A stretch of 64,000 bases of DNA from Patescibacteria group bacterium (lineage in GTDB: Bacteria > Patescibacteriota > Patescibacteriia > XYB2-FULL-38-15), in assembly GCA_041737355.1 (NCBI GenBank), contig JBGSRW010000003.1, positions 5,332 through 69,331 on the forward strand. The letters run 5' to 3'. Shown here piece by piece: positions 1 to 9,274 of the stretch (position 1 is its first letter; each line of letters begins with the position of its first letter). The notes under the pieces were generated by a model. The model was not told the DNA's origin and made no database searches. It saw nothing but the letters and a program-made list of their open reading frames with translations. Both the position numbers and the translations under genes were made by a program.

Positions 1-753
1 GTTTTTGTAAGCAATTGCGGAATATCCCGAGGCATAACCGTTAATCAAAAAAAATATTGGCTTATCGGAAAATAATTTAAAGCACAAATCCATTAATTCC
101 AAAAAATTATCCTCGATTTTCCAGAGCTCGCCGCCCGGCCCGTGGCCAAAAGCCGGCGGATCCATAATAATACCGTCGTAACGATGGCCGCGTTTAATTT
201 CTCTTTTAACAAACTTTGTGGCATCATCCAATATCCAACGAATCGGTTTTTTATCCAGCCCAGAGAGCGCGGCATTATCGCGAGCCCAGGTTATGGCAAC
301 TTTTGAACCGTCAAGATGACAAACTTCGGCTCCGACCGAAGCCGCCGCGAGCGTCGCTCCGCCGGTATAGCCGAAAAGATTAATTACCGAAATTTTTCTT
401 TTTGCACCGCCAATCAATTCTTTAATCCACTCCCAATTAGAAACCTGCTCCGGAAAAATTCCCAAATGTTTAAAGGCCGTAGGTTTTATCCAAAAATTAA
501 AATCAGCCAAATCTATTTGCCATCTGGCCGGAACTTCTTTTTTTATTTTCCATTCGGCGCTCTCGGCGCTCCGTAAAAATTCTCCGTCGGCCGAAGACCA
601 CTCCTTTTCTGATAATTTTTTCGGCCAAAGAGCTTGCGGATCTGGACGGGAAAAAATAAACCGGCCATAGCGTTCAAGTTTTTCGCCATCGCCGCTGTCT
701 AAAAGTTCGTAATCTTGGGACTCACCCGTTTTTAAGATTAAATAATCATTCAT
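1..753 (-). CDS. Class I SAM-dependent methyltransferase (RlmI/RlmK-like rRNA methyltransferase family). 5' end is complete (ATG at 753); 3' end runs off the window start
   Basis: Hand translation of minus strand from ATG at 753: MNDYLILKTGESQDYELLDSGDGEKLERYG...ISVINLFGYTGGATLAAASVGAEVCHLDGSKVAITWARDNA...YDGIIMDPPAFGHGPGGELWKIEDNF. The motifs are a Gly-rich SAM-binding motif (motif I, LFGYTGG) and the DPP(A/F) motif IV. No stop codon before position 1, which explains why the track lacks it. Confidence 0.6.
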   Translation of the reverse strand, partial: MNDYLILKTGESQDYELLDSGDGEKLERYGRFIFSRPDPQALWPKKLSEKEWSSADGEFLRSAESAEWKIKKEVPARWQIDLADFNFWIKPTAFKHLGIFPEQVSNWEWIKELIGGAKRKISVINLFGYTGGATLAAASVGAEVCHLDGSKVAITWARDNAALSGLDKKPIRWILDDATKFVKREIKRGHRYDGIIMDPPAFGHGPGGELWKIEDNFLELMDLCFKLFSDKPIFFLINGYASGYSAIAYKN

Positions 754-763
754 ATTCGGAAAA

Positions 764-834
764 CTCCGGGGCTTGGATTCGAACCAAGATAAGCAGCTTC
801 AAAGGCTGCTGTCCTGCCGTTAGACGACCCCGGA
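764..834 (-). tRNA. tRNA-Gln (anticodon UUG)
   Basis: Reverse complement gives UCCGGGGUCGUCUAACGGCAGGACAGCAGCCUUUGAAGCUGCUUAUCUUGGUUCGAAUCCAAGCCCCGGAG. 7-bp acceptor stem. Anticodon stem GCAGC/GCUGC with loop CUUUGAA. T-loop UUCGAAU. CCA not encoded. Confidence 0.7.
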
Positions 835-884
835 ACAATAAAAAAACAGACTTTTACCCTTGTCTGTATTTTAACTTCTTTATC

Positions 885-1799
885 CTAAACTTTCAAGTAC
901 CGGCCAACGGCTAAACTGCTCGTAACCATGTTCAGGAGAACAACTCCGACAAATTGCCAGCCGAAAATTGGAATAAAATTTTGCGTAAAATATTCTACAA
1001 GTTTGAAATTCGAACCGCCAAAAAATCCGGCAAAATAAGGTTCAGCAAAACCCAAAAGAGGATAAGTTACTATTACCGCGAGTAAAACAGAAAATAATCC
1101 GTACAAAATTCCGCTTGCAAGATATGGCGCCCTGACAAACCAATTCGCGGCGCCGACCAATTTCATGATGCCTATTTCTTCACGATGCGTGTAAATACTC
1201 ATCCTTACGGTATTAAAACCAATCAAAACTCCGACTATAGCGAAAAGCCCGGCGATACCGACTCCGGTTTTTTCTGCTTTTTCCGAAATTGAATTTATTT
1301 TATCGACAACCGCGGCGTGATCGTCGAAATTTTTGTCCTGGATAATCGCGGCGTACTGAGGATCGTCAAAAACTTTCAAAATAGCTTGATAATCCTCGGG
1401 GCTGTGCGCCGTCACAACCAGAGTCGCCCCGAGCGGGTTGTCCCCGACCTCTTTTAAAGATTCTAAAATAACGGGATCGTTTTGGTGTTTTTTCTGAAAT
1501 TCGGAAAGGGCGTGCTCCGGAGAAACATATTCAGCGGTTTTTACCTGAGGCAAACTCAAAAGATAAGATTTTACGCTGCCCACTTCACTTTCGGGAACCC
1601 CCTGTTTGAAATATATGCTTACATCAATTTTATTCTGGACTTCCGCGACGGCCGTTTTAGCCAAAACGTTCAAGGTTAGCAGGAAATTTATTGAGACAAG
1701 GGATAAAACCAAAACAACAACCGTGGCCGCTGAAAGCCAAAAATTTCGCCAAAAATCCTGGGAAGAAAATTTAAAAACTCTAAATAGCGCTACAAACAT
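885..1799 (-). CDS. ftsX: Cell division permease-like protein FtsX
   Basis: 304 aa. N-terminal and C-terminal TM segments flank an extracellular domain. Conserved FtsX C-terminal region (MKLVGAANWFVRAPY). Immediately downstream of ftsE. Confidence 0.85.
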   Translation of the reverse strand: MFVALFRVFKFSSQDFWRNFWLSAATVVVLVLSLVSINFLLTLNVLAKTAVAEVQNKIDVSIYFKQGVPESEVGSVKSYLLSLPQVKTAEYVSPEHALSEFQKKHQNDPVILESLKEVGDNPLGATLVVTAHSPEDYQAILKVFDDPQYAAIIQDKNFDDHAAVVDKINSISEKAEKTGVGIAGLFAIVGVLIGFNTVRMSIYTHREEIGIMKLVGAANWFVRAPYLASGILYGLFSVLLAVIVTYPLLGFAEPYFAGFFGGSNFKLVEYFTQNFIPIFGWQFVGVVLLNMVTSSLAVGRYLKV

Positions 1800-1808
1800 G
1801 TTGTAATT

Positions 1809-2489
1809 TTATAAAATATATTTTCCTACCTCCTGATCGCTAATGACGACTCCTCTATCGAGGGTGATGACCCTGCGCTTCAACGAATTTACCAATTCGC
1901 GGTTATGGGAAACCAGAAGAACGGTGGTGCCGAATTCATTAATTTTTAAAAGTAAATCCGCTATTTCCTGGGTATTTATGGCATCCAAATTGCCTGTTGG
2001 CTCATCGGCAACCAAAATCTTCGGTCTGTGAATCAGCGCCCTTGCGATAGCAACCCGCTGTTGTTCGCCCCCCGAAACCTGTTTTGGGTAACGCTCGGCC
2101 TTTTGATCCAGGCCGACTATTCTTAAAACCTGAGGAACGATCGCCTTTATTCTTCTCGGGCTTTCACCGCAGACCTCCAGACAAAAAGCGACATTCTCAA
2201 AAATAGTTTTTTTGGGCAACAGTTTAAAATCTTGAAAAATTACTCCGATTTGTCTCCGCAGAGTGGGGATTTCACTTTGTCTTACTTTTGTAATATCCCA
2301 ATCACCTATGATTATTTTCCCCTCGGTAACCCGCTCCTCGGCCGTTAAAAGCTTAATCAGGGTAGTTTTGCCGGTACCGGATTGTCCGACAATGGAAACA
2401 AATTCTCCGGCTCCTATACGGAGATTGACGTCCTTAAGAGCGACCGTATTTGGATGGTAAATTTTGGTTACGTCCTGAAATTTAATCAT
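1809..2489 (-). CDS. ftsE: Cell division ATP-binding protein FtsE
   Basis: 226 aa. Walker A GQSGTGKTT, ABC signature LSGGEQQRVAIARAL, Walker B ILVADEPTGNLD. Operon with ftsX. Confidence 0.9.
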   Translation of the reverse strand: MIKFQDVTKIYHPNTVALKDVNLRIGAGEFVSIVGQSGTGKTTLIKLLTAEERVTEGKIIIGDWDITKVRQSEIPTLRRQIGVIFQDFKLLPKKTIFENVAFCLEVCGESPRRIKAIVPQVLRIVGLDQKAERYPKQVSGGEQQRVAIARALIHRPKILVADEPTGNLDAINTQEIADLLLKINEFGTTVLLVSHNRELVNSLKRRVITLDRGVVISDQEVGKYIL

Positions 2490-2674
2490 ATTTTTTCTCT
2501 TTGGCTCTTCTGCTGTTTCTGACCGTTACCTTATTTTATTATATTATTTTTTCCCAAAATTGCCAACCGGCCACGGAATAAAGTTGATTTTTTTCTTAAA
2601 ATATCCTAAGCTTAATCAACAATCAATTTTATTTCGGTAGCAGTGCAATGCCAAACCATTAACTAATTATCAAC

Positions 2675-2746
2675 GCGGGATTAGTATAGTGGCAGTATGT
2701 CACCTTCCCAAGGTGAAGGCGCCGGTCCGATTCCGGTATCCCGCTT
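2675..2746 (+). tRNA. tRNA-Gly (anticodon CCC)
   Basis: GCGGGAUUAGUAUAGUGGCAGUAUGUCACCUUCCCAAGGUGAAGGCGCCGGUCCGAUUCCGGUAUCCCGCU. Anticodon stem UCACC/GGUGA with loop UUCCCAA. T-loop UCCGAUU. 7-bp acceptor stem. Confidence 0.8.
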
Positions 2747-2748
2747 TT

Positions 2749-2824
2749 GCCGACGTAGCTCAGCCAGCAGAGCAATGCTTTCGTAAAGCAGAGGTCGTGG
2801 GTGCAAATCCCACCGTCGGCTCCA
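2749..2824 (+). tRNA. tRNA-Thr (anticodon CGU), CCA encoded
   Basis: GCCGACGUAGCUCAGCCAGCAGAGCAAUGCUUUCGUAAAGCAGAGGUCGUGGGUGCAAAUCCCACCGUCGGCUCCA. D-arm GCUC/GAGC. Anticodon loop UUCGUAA. T-arm GUGGG/CCCAC. Acceptor GCCGACG/CGUCGGC. Confidence 0.8.
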
Positions 2825-2859
2825 AAGAACAGTTTTGAAATAAAAACTGTTTTTTGATT

Positions 2860-3912
2860 CTAAATTTTAATCAGACGCCAAACTTTGGCTTTTCCGAGCT
2901 CCTCATTCAAGATATCGTCCAGACTCTTGGTCTTGATTAAAATATGTCTCGCTCTGACCTGAGTTACCGCGCCGGACTTGTCTTTTATCTGATCTTCAAC
3001 TTTTATAATATGGTAACCGTATTTTGTTTGGACCAAATCGCTTATTTCGCCTTTTGGCAGAGCGAAAGCGGCTTCCTCGAATTCTTGAACCATTGTCCCT
3101 TTGCCAAAGTAACCCAAATCCCCGCCGTCTGCCGCCGTACCGTCTTCACCATATTGTTTGGCCAAGTCTTCAAAGCTTTTCTCTCCCTTTTTGACTTCCG
3201 CGAGAATTCCCTCGGCTTTTTTTCTGAGGTCGCTGTTTATTGATTCATCCTTGCTGATTGCTTCCTGAAGTTTTTGCTGCAGTAAAAATGGTTTTAAAAT
3301 TTTTATTTTGAATTGTTCTATCCCCCACCCATATTGGCTATTCAGGGTTTCCTCGACTTTCTCCCTGGATTCGTCCTGGGCTACGATTTTTTGCACTTCC
3401 GACTCCAAGTCTTCTCCGGAAACGGTGACGTTATATTTTTTTGCTAATTGTTCGGCAATTTCGTTTTTAACAAGCCTGTCCAGAACGCTGTTTTTCAGCT
3501 CCGTACCCGTGGGAGTATTTTCCGTAGTGCCGGTAGATTCTTCCTGTTTGGCAAAAAAATTCTCAAGGGTCAAGATATCGTCCTGATAATCGGAAAATCT
3601 TATCGCGTGCCAGTTAACAAACGCGGCAGGATAAGGGAAAACCGTTGTCAATTTTTGAATTGCCTTGCCGCCCCAACCCATGCGGTAAATTCCCACTCCT
3701 ATAATTGTCATTGAAACTAAAATAATCACAATAAAGCCTACTATCGCGCCGAAAACAAATTTACGCGTATTAAAGGCTTTCTGGTCTGATTCAAAAACCG
3801 GCGGCGGTGTTTTTGGCTGATTGTCAATCTCAAAATAATTTTTAATCTCTCCCGCGCCAAAATTACCGCTGTTTTTATTATTTTCTTGGTTTTCGTTTAA
3901 AATTGCTGACAT
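2860..3912 (-). CDS. Membrane-anchored parvulin-type peptidyl-prolyl cis-trans isomerase (PrsA/SurA-like)
   Basis: 350 aa. N-terminal TM (FVFGAIVGFIVIILVSMTIIGVG). PpiC/parvulin domain GGDLGYFGKGTMVQEFEEAAFALPKGEISDLVQTKYGYHIIKVED. The C-terminus ends with the first strand of a second parvulin domain (VRARHILIK) and then stops. Confidence 0.7.
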   Translation of the reverse strand: MSAILNENQENNKNSGNFGAGEIKNYFEIDNQPKTPPPVFESDQKAFNTRKFVFGAIVGFIVIILVSMTIIGVGIYRMGWGGKAIQKLTTVFPYPAAFVNWHAIRFSDYQDDILTLENFFAKQEESTGTTENTPTGTELKNSVLDRLVKNEIAEQLAKKYNVTVSGEDLESEVQKIVAQDESREKVEETLNSQYGWGIEQFKIKILKPFLLQQKLQEAISKDESINSDLRKKAEGILAEVKKGEKSFEDLAKQYGEDGTAADGGDLGYFGKGTMVQEFEEAAFALPKGEISDLVQTKYGYHIIKVEDQIKDKSGAVTQVRARHILIKTKSLDDILNEELGKAKVWRLIKI

Positions 3913-3936
3913 ATTGAAAATATGGCATTATCTTAT

Positions 3937-4353
3937 TTAATTTTCTAATTGGCTAAAAAAATAATTCCACCACTTGACCGGATTAATTTCGTTTCTGCTC
4001 TCGAACCCGGTATTCGCGGCAATTTTGATATCTCCGTCTTCTCCGACGGCCTTAGGCACAACCAAAACCGACTCCCCATCTTTTTGCAAATTGAATTTTT
4101 CCCTTGCCTCCTGTTCCAAAAAAGCATCCGTATTCAGATAGCTGAAAAGGTCACTGAGTTCGAAATTTTTATCCTCAAGCCGAGCTATCTCTTCTTCCGT
4201 AGCTTTTATCTCACGCTTTATCTCTTGGCCCTCCAAAATTTTTTTTCCTAAAGCAAAAGACAATAGGGCCAAAACGACTATGCCGGCTAACAAAAAAATT
4301 TTTGAGACAAAAAATCGTCTCATGAACTTCTCCTTTTTCATAGCTTCATCCAT
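3937..4353 (-). CDS. Septum formation initiator family protein (FtsB/DivIC-like)
   Basis: 138 aa. Short cytoplasmic N-terminus, single TM, coiled-coil (EIKATEEEIARLEDKNFELSD), then LQKDGESVLVV, which is typical of FtsB/DivIC. Confidence 0.55.
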   Translation of the reverse strand: MDEAMKKEKFMRRFFVSKIFLLAGIVVLALLSFALGKKILEGQEIKREIKATEEEIARLEDKNFELSDLFSYLNTDAFLEQEAREKFNLQKDGESVLVVPKAVGEDGDIKIAANTGFESRNEINPVKWWNYFFSQLEN

Positions 4354-4392
4354 TATATCATCCCGGACGGTATCCGTCCAATCTATTTAAAG

Positions 4393-5088
4393 CTATTCTG
4401 CCGGAGGCAACTTCTTTATTTCTTCAAGTTTTTTAAGCTTAATCTGGCGTATTTTACCGCGCACCACGCCTTCCAACTCTTCGAGCTGCCGCTCGTCCAA
4501 ATCATCTACGCTTTCTTTAATGATTTTGAATTCCAGGGCGTTAGGCGCCGGCGTATCAATATAAAAATTATCGCCCCCGTCAGAGGAATCTTTCGGTTTC
4601 AGGTGCGACAGATCAAGAATCGTCTGATGAACCTTCTCCGGATTGCGGATATTTCTTATCTCGAGTCCCATCGAAGAATTGACAATCTGGATGCGGATAT
4701 TGCCGTAACGAAAAATTGTCTGCCAAATACCTTTACGCCGCCATGAAACGTCCTGGACTTTGTCGTATGACGCCTCGGAAACAATCCGTTCAAAAAACCC
4801 GCGCTGGTCGATATCAATAATTCTTTTATTCGTGATGACGAAAGTATTGTAATACCAAACGGCAATCGTCCGAAGGGTATAAATAATTCCAAGCATTATC
4901 AGCGCTAAAAAAATCCCAACTCCCCAATAACCCAGTTTAAAAAGCGGGAAAATAAAAAAGAAAGGCAAGGTTAGAAGTAAAAAAGAGGCTAAAATCTCAA
5001 GCCACATGGTCAGAACATAATGGCGGACCACGCTCACAATCTCCTCGCCTGCCTTAAAATTTATTTTTTTAATAAGTAGCGCGTTCAT
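4393..5088 (-). CDS. Bacterial PH-domain (bPH_2, YdbS/YdbT-like) membrane protein
   Basis: 231 aa. Two TM helices followed by a PH-like beta domain (YYNTFVITNKRIIDIDQRGFFERIVSEASYDKVQDVSW) and a charged C-terminal tail. Confidence 0.5.
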   Translation of the reverse strand: MNALLIKKINFKAGEEIVSVVRHYVLTMWLEILASFLLLTLPFFFIFPLFKLGYWGVGIFLALIMLGIIYTLRTIAVWYYNTFVITNKRIIDIDQRGFFERIVSEASYDKVQDVSWRRKGIWQTIFRYGNIRIQIVNSSMGLEIRNIRNPEKVHQTILDLSHLKPKDSSDGGDNFYIDTPAPNALEFKIIKESVDDLDERQLEELEGVVRGKIRQIKLKKLEEIKKLPPAE

Positions 5089-5093
5089 AAATC

Positions 5094-6407
5094 TTATTTT
5101 TTATTTCTCAAAATTTCTCTGACTTTTTCCCTGTCGTCCCATGGAATTTTTTTGTTGTCGGCCACGCAAATCGCCTGCTCTGAACCTTTGCCGGTGAGAA
5201 TAACCAAATCACCTTCATGCGCTAGTCCGATCGCTTTGGCAATTGCTTCGCCGCGATCCAGAATTTTAAATAAATTCACACCATCTTGCTTGCCGACCGC
5301 GCCGCCCGCTACCTGGTTTATAATTTCCATCGGGTCTTCGTCGTACGGATCCTCATTGGTAATTATTACGTAATCGGCATTTTCCCCTGCCAGCTTTCCC
5401 AAAATCGGCCGCCTCGCCTTATCGCGTCCCCCGCCAGCCGAACCCAAAACATGGATAATCCTGCTTCCAGAAGCCAAAAATTGCCCGCTGCGGACCGTTT
5501 CGTAGAGTTTGGCCATGGAGGCCGGCTCAGGCGCGTAATCAACTAAAACTTTGAAATTTTGTCCCTCATCAATAAATTCCATCCGGCCGGGGACTCCGCT
5601 GACTTTTTCCAAAGATTTTGAAATAATATCCAAACTCAATCCTTGCGACAAGCCGACCGCCGCCGCAGCTAGAGCATTATAGATATTAAACCGGCCGAGC
5701 AAATTGATTTCAAAACTTACGCCGTTAACCGTAAAACGGGAACCGCCGGATTCTGACTCGACGTTTTCCGCCAGAAGAGCGGCCCGCGTTTTTATTCCGT
5801 AACCAAATTTTTTATCCGTCGGAAAACCGGAAAAATAATTCGCGTGTTCATCGTCTATATTTACTACGCTTACTTTCGGAACCGTTTTCCCGTCAATAAC
5901 TTTTTTAGGTTTGGCCGTCAGATGCTGGAAAAATTTTCCCTTGGCTTTTTTATAATTTTCAAATCCTCCATGTGCTTCTATATGTTCTGGCGTCAGATTG
6001 GTAAAAACCGCTACGTCGTAGTTCACGCCTAAGTGACGGAATTGTTCTACCCCCTGCGAGGAGGTTTCAATGATGGCGTATTTACATCCTACGTTTACCA
6101 TCTGTCGCAATATTTTTTGCAGGGCAAACCGCCCGAGCATAGTCATTTTTTTCTTGTTCAGCCATTCTTTGTCCGCAATTTTAAAACCAACCGTGGAAGT
6201 TGAACCAACTTTAAAGCCCGCACCTTCAAACATTTTGGCGATCAAATGCACGGTCGTTGATTTCCCGTTTGTCCCGGTCACCCCGATTACTACGAGTTTA
6301 TTCGACGGAAAACCATAAAAAACATTAGCCACCATTGCTAAAATTTTATGGTACCAGCGCAGCGCCACCGGCGGAATAATTTTTTTAATTATTTCTTTCG
6401 GATTCAT
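5094..6407 (-). CDS. murE: Mur ligase, most likely MurE (UDP-N-acetylmuramoyl-L-alanyl-D-glutamate--2,6-diaminopimelate or L-lysine ligase)
   Basis: 437 aa. P-loop VIGVTGTNGKSTT. Mur ligase middle and C-terminal domains. A DYAPEP segment resembles the MurE DYAHTPDAL motif. 4-nt overlap with murD upstream. Lacks a long N-terminal domain. Confidence 0.7.
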   Translation of the reverse strand: MNPKEIIKKIIPPVALRWYHKILAMVANVFYGFPSNKLVVIGVTGTNGKSTTVHLIAKMFEGAGFKVGSTSTVGFKIADKEWLNKKKMTMLGRFALQKILRQMVNVGCKYAIIETSSQGVEQFRHLGVNYDVAVFTNLTPEHIEAHGGFENYKKAKGKFFQHLTAKPKKVIDGKTVPKVSVVNIDDEHANYFSGFPTDKKFGYGIKTRAALLAENVESESGGSRFTVNGVSFEINLLGRFNIYNALAAAAVGLSQGLSLDIISKSLEKVSGVPGRMEFIDEGQNFKVLVDYAPEPASMAKLYETVRSGQFLASGSRIIHVLGSAGGGRDKARRPILGKLAGENADYVIITNEDPYDEDPMEIINQVAGGAVGKQDGVNLFKILDRGEAIAKAIGLAHEGDLVILTGKGSEQAICVADNKKIPWDDREKVREILRNKK

Positions 6408-7741
6408 TTTATTTTTTCCACTTCCTTCAAAAATTGATCCCCCCTGTCAAATTCATTCTTAAACATTCCGAAACTCGCGGCGGCGGGAGAAAGAAGGACA
6501 ACATCACCTCTTCGCGCTAATTGCCGCGCCGCTTTTACTGCCTCCTTCATGCTGTCAACGATGTTAATTTGTAACTTGTATCCTGAAGCTTGTAACTCTT
6601 TTTGAAGTTTTGGCGTTGCGGTTCCATTCAATAGCACGAGCGCCTTGGCATGTTTTTTAATCACTGGCGCCATATCTTTGAAATCTAAATTTTTGTCCGC
6701 TCCGCCGCAGATTAAAATAATTTTATTGCCGCCAATGGCCCGCAGGGCGGCAATCGTCGCCTCGGGCATCGTTGCAGTCGTATCATTATAATATTTCACT
6801 CCCCTGATATTTTTAATAAATTCCAGCCGACCGGGCACGCCGCGAAAACTTTCTACCACTTTTTTAATTTTTGAAATGGACAAATCAAGCAGCTTGCCGA
6901 CTGCCACGGCTGCGACAATATTTTCTAAATTATGCTCGCCTAAAATTTTCGGACTCCACATGCCCGAAACGTCATTTACGGAAAACCAAATTACTTTACC
7001 CTTCGCCTTTTTAGAAAAATTTTTACACCAGGAACAATTTTTATTTAATATCAAAAAATCATTTTTCTTCTGATTGGCAAAGATCTCCTCTTTGTCATGG
7101 ACATATTTTGCCATGCTGTTTTTATAATAATTCTGGTGATCCGGATAAATATTGGTCACGACGGAAATATGCGGACTGATTTTCAAGTCGCGCCAACCCT
7201 GCAGCTGCCAGCTTGAAAGCTCAAGAACAACGATGTCGTCTTTTTTTACCTTGTCTAGAAGTGGCAAAGTCGCGGTGCCTTTTATATTGCCGGCTAAAAA
7301 AACCTTTTTTCCGGTCGCCTTGGCAATTTCGGCAATCAGAGTTGAAGTCGTAGTTTTGCCGCGGGTTCCGGTAATGCCGATAATTTTGCACGGCGCTTCA
7401 CGCGCAAATAAAGCGTCGTCCATAAAAACCGGCACACCGTTTTTTTTCGCCTCGGCAATATATATTGAATCAAGTGGAACACCGGCTGCCTTGAAAACCA
7501 TGTCGGCCTTTCTGAAATCATCCAGGCGGTGTTTCCCTAAAATAAATTTTACCGGATATGTTCCTTTTTTATTTTTTAAAAACTTTTTAACCTCGGCGAC
7601 GGAAGATTTTAAAACTAATTTAGATTTCAAATCCGTGACCGTTAGTTTTGCTCCCTTGCTTGCCAAATACTTCACAATACCAATCCCCCGGCCCAGAAGA
7701 CCAAGTCCCATGACGGTTATTTTTTTATCACGAAAATTCAT
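6404..7741 (-). CDS. murD: UDP-N-acetylmuramoylalanine--D-glutamate ligase MurD
   Basis: 445 aa. N-terminal Rossmann-like region KITVMGLGLLGRG. P-loop GITGTRGKTTT. Mur ligase C-terminal domain. Confidence 0.85.
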   Translation of the reverse strand: MNFRDKKITVMGLGLLGRGIGIVKYLASKGAKLTVTDLKSKLVLKSSVAEVKKFLKNKKGTYPVKFILGKHRLDDFRKADMVFKAAGVPLDSIYIAEAKKNGVPVFMDDALFAREAPCKIIGITGTRGKTTTSTLIAEIAKATGKKVFLAGNIKGTATLPLLDKVKKDDIVVLELSSWQLQGWRDLKISPHISVVTNIYPDHQNYYKNSMAKYVHDKEEIFANQKKNDFLILNKNCSWCKNFSKKAKGKVIWFSVNDVSGMWSPKILGEHNLENIVAAVAVGKLLDLSISKIKKVVESFRGVPGRLEFIKNIRGVKYYNDTTATMPEATIAALRAIGGNKIILICGGADKNLDFKDMAPVIKKHAKALVLLNGTATPKLQKELQASGYKLQINIVDSMKEAVKAARQLARRGDVVLLSPAAASFGMFKNEFDRGDQFLKEVEKIK

Positions 7742-7744
7742 AAA

Positions 7745-8245
7745 TTATCCCAAAATATAGGCTCCGCCAGCCGTCAGAGTAGCCACGATAATTCCCGCTA
7801 TTATAACGCCTGTTGTGATTAAAATCAAGGCACGGCGCGGCGGAATTCCGAAAAGAAACGCGGCTACGGCTCCAGACCAGGCGCCGGTAAGAGGCAAGGG
7901 AATGGCCACAAAAATAACGAGAGCCAGGTTAATACCATATTTTAGAGCCCCTCCTTCAAATTTACGGCGCACCCGGGAAAACCACCAGTCAAAAAAACGC
8001 TTTGCCGGATGCCAATGTTTGATCAAAAAATCAGCCACCGGTTTCAGAAGATAGACAATAAAAAAAATCGGCAGCATGTTGCCGAGCACCGACCAAAACA
8101 TTGCCGCCCAGAAAGACATTTTATAGACTAAAATCGCTACGGGCAATGCTACGCGCAGCTCGGCAATGGGAATCATGGCAACGAGCGCTGTCGCGGCTTC
8201 CGGCGGTAAATTTTTAAATATTTCCGCGTAATTTATATCCAGCAT
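7745..8245 (-). CDS. Small multidrug-export-like membrane protein (Sm_multidrug_ex-type family)
   Basis: 166 aa. Four predicted TM helices. Pattern resembles the COG2426 small membrane protein family. Assignment is by recollection of family features only. Confidence 0.4.
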   Translation of the reverse strand: MLDINYAEIFKNLPPEAATALVAMIPIAELRVALPVAILVYKMSFWAAMFWSVLGNMLPIFFIVYLLKPVADFLIKHWHPAKRFFDWWFSRVRRKFEGGALKYGINLALVIFVAIPLPLTGAWSGAVAAFLFGIPPRRALILITTGVIIAGIIVATLTAGGAYILG

Positions 8246-8255
8246 ATTGATTTAA

Positions 8256-8669
8256 CTATTTACTAGCTAGAAAACTATTAGCCTTCTCGAGAACTTTTTT
8301 ACCGCTCGGAAAAGTAAGCTGGGCAAGCGCCGCATCATAGAGCAGCCATTTAAAATCCACGTGCTCATCGGAAATTTTTATCTCATCAGTTTTGGTTTCC
8401 GCCAAATAAAAAATCGCTTCTTTGTAAACAATCTTTCCTTCTTTTTTATAAAACCAAAATATTTTCTCGCGAAAACCGGGAAAAAATATCAGATCATCTA
8501 CGCCGGTCTCCTCCCTCGCTTCGCGCACTACTGTTTCTTTTTCCGCTTCGCCAATCTCAATTCCGCCGCGCGGAAAATCCCAGTGCCCCGCCTCATAACG
8601 CAAAAGGAGATATTCAATCTCCTTATTTTTTTTAAAAATTACTGCCCCGGCAGAAACTTCTTTTGGCAT
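8256..8669 (-). CDS. NUDIX hydrolase
   Basis: 137 aa. Nudix box GGIEIGEAEKETVVREAREETGV, matching GX5EX7REUXEEXGU. Confidence 0.8.
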   Translation of the reverse strand: MPKEVSAGAVIFKKNKEIEYLLLRYEAGHWDFPRGGIEIGEAEKETVVREAREETGVDDLIFFPGFREKIFWFYKKEGKIVYKEAIFYLAETKTDEIKISDEHVDFKWLLYDAALAQLTFPSGKKVLEKANSFLASK

Positions 8670-8683
8670 GTCAAAAAAATAAA

Positions 8684-9259
8684 TTATTTTTCTCTCATCT
8701 TCACGTCGTAAAGTATTTCCTCTACTCTTCTCAAGTTATGTTTTGCCTGATCGTATTTTGTCCGGAGGTAACTTGTCAAATTGAATTTAAGGAGCTCACC
8801 AATAACCTCTCTTATTCCCGAAGCCAGCTCCTCAACTTTTTTAAACTTTTTATCCGTCGCCGCCAAAACGGCTTTTCGGAGGAGTTCTCCGGTAAAATCG
8901 CACAAACCGGCCAAGTAACTGTCGGCGTCAATTTGGGCTCCTTTTATGAAATCTATTTTTTTACCTTCCAAGAATCCGCCGAAAAATTTTGCCTCAACAT
9001 ATTCCTCAAGAGCCGCCCGATAAGATCCCTCGTAGCGGAGTTCCTCCTCTTTTTTAAATTTTTTTTCCAGCTCGGCGAAGATTGCTTCAACTTCGGAGAG
9101 CAAAGTATTTCCGCCGTTCATGTCGTCGCGGTGGAATGCAAAAATAGCCTGTTTGGCTTTCATCAAGGCGTCATTTGAAAGGCCTATAAGTTTTCGTCTC
9201 TCCTGATCGTAGAAATCGTACTCCTTTTTTAACTGATCAAATAATTTTTGATTAAGCAT
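8684..9259 (-). CDS. Translin family protein (bacterial translin/TRAX-like nucleic-acid-binding protein)
   Basis: 191 aa, all alpha-helical. C-terminal LRTKYDQAKHNLRRVEEILYDVKMR aligns with the eukaryotic translin segment LRKRYDGLKYDVKKVEEVVYDLSIR. The central region (DSYLAGLCDFTGEL) resembles the translin catalytic helix. Confidence 0.5.
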   Translation of the reverse strand: MLNQKLFDQLKKEYDFYDQERRKLIGLSNDALMKAKQAIFAFHRDDMNGGNTLLSEVEAIFAELEKKFKKEEELRYEGSYRAALEEYVEAKFFGGFLEGKKIDFIKGAQIDADSYLAGLCDFTGELLRKAVLAATDKKFKKVEELASGIREVIGELLKFNLTSYLRTKYDQAKHNLRRVEEILYDVKMREK

Positions 9260-9274
9260 AATAAATATTATTTT

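Noticed and set aside
316-576. Plus-strand 86-aa ORF and minus-strand 60-aa ORF (93-275) at the window start
   Set aside because: Both lie inside, and out of frame with, the methyltransferase gene that runs 753 to 1 on the minus strand. The track omits that gene because it has no in-window stop.
7152-7760. 202-aa plus-strand ORF inside murD
   Set aside because: Antisense to a gene with unambiguous Mur-ligase motifs. Its translation is low complexity.
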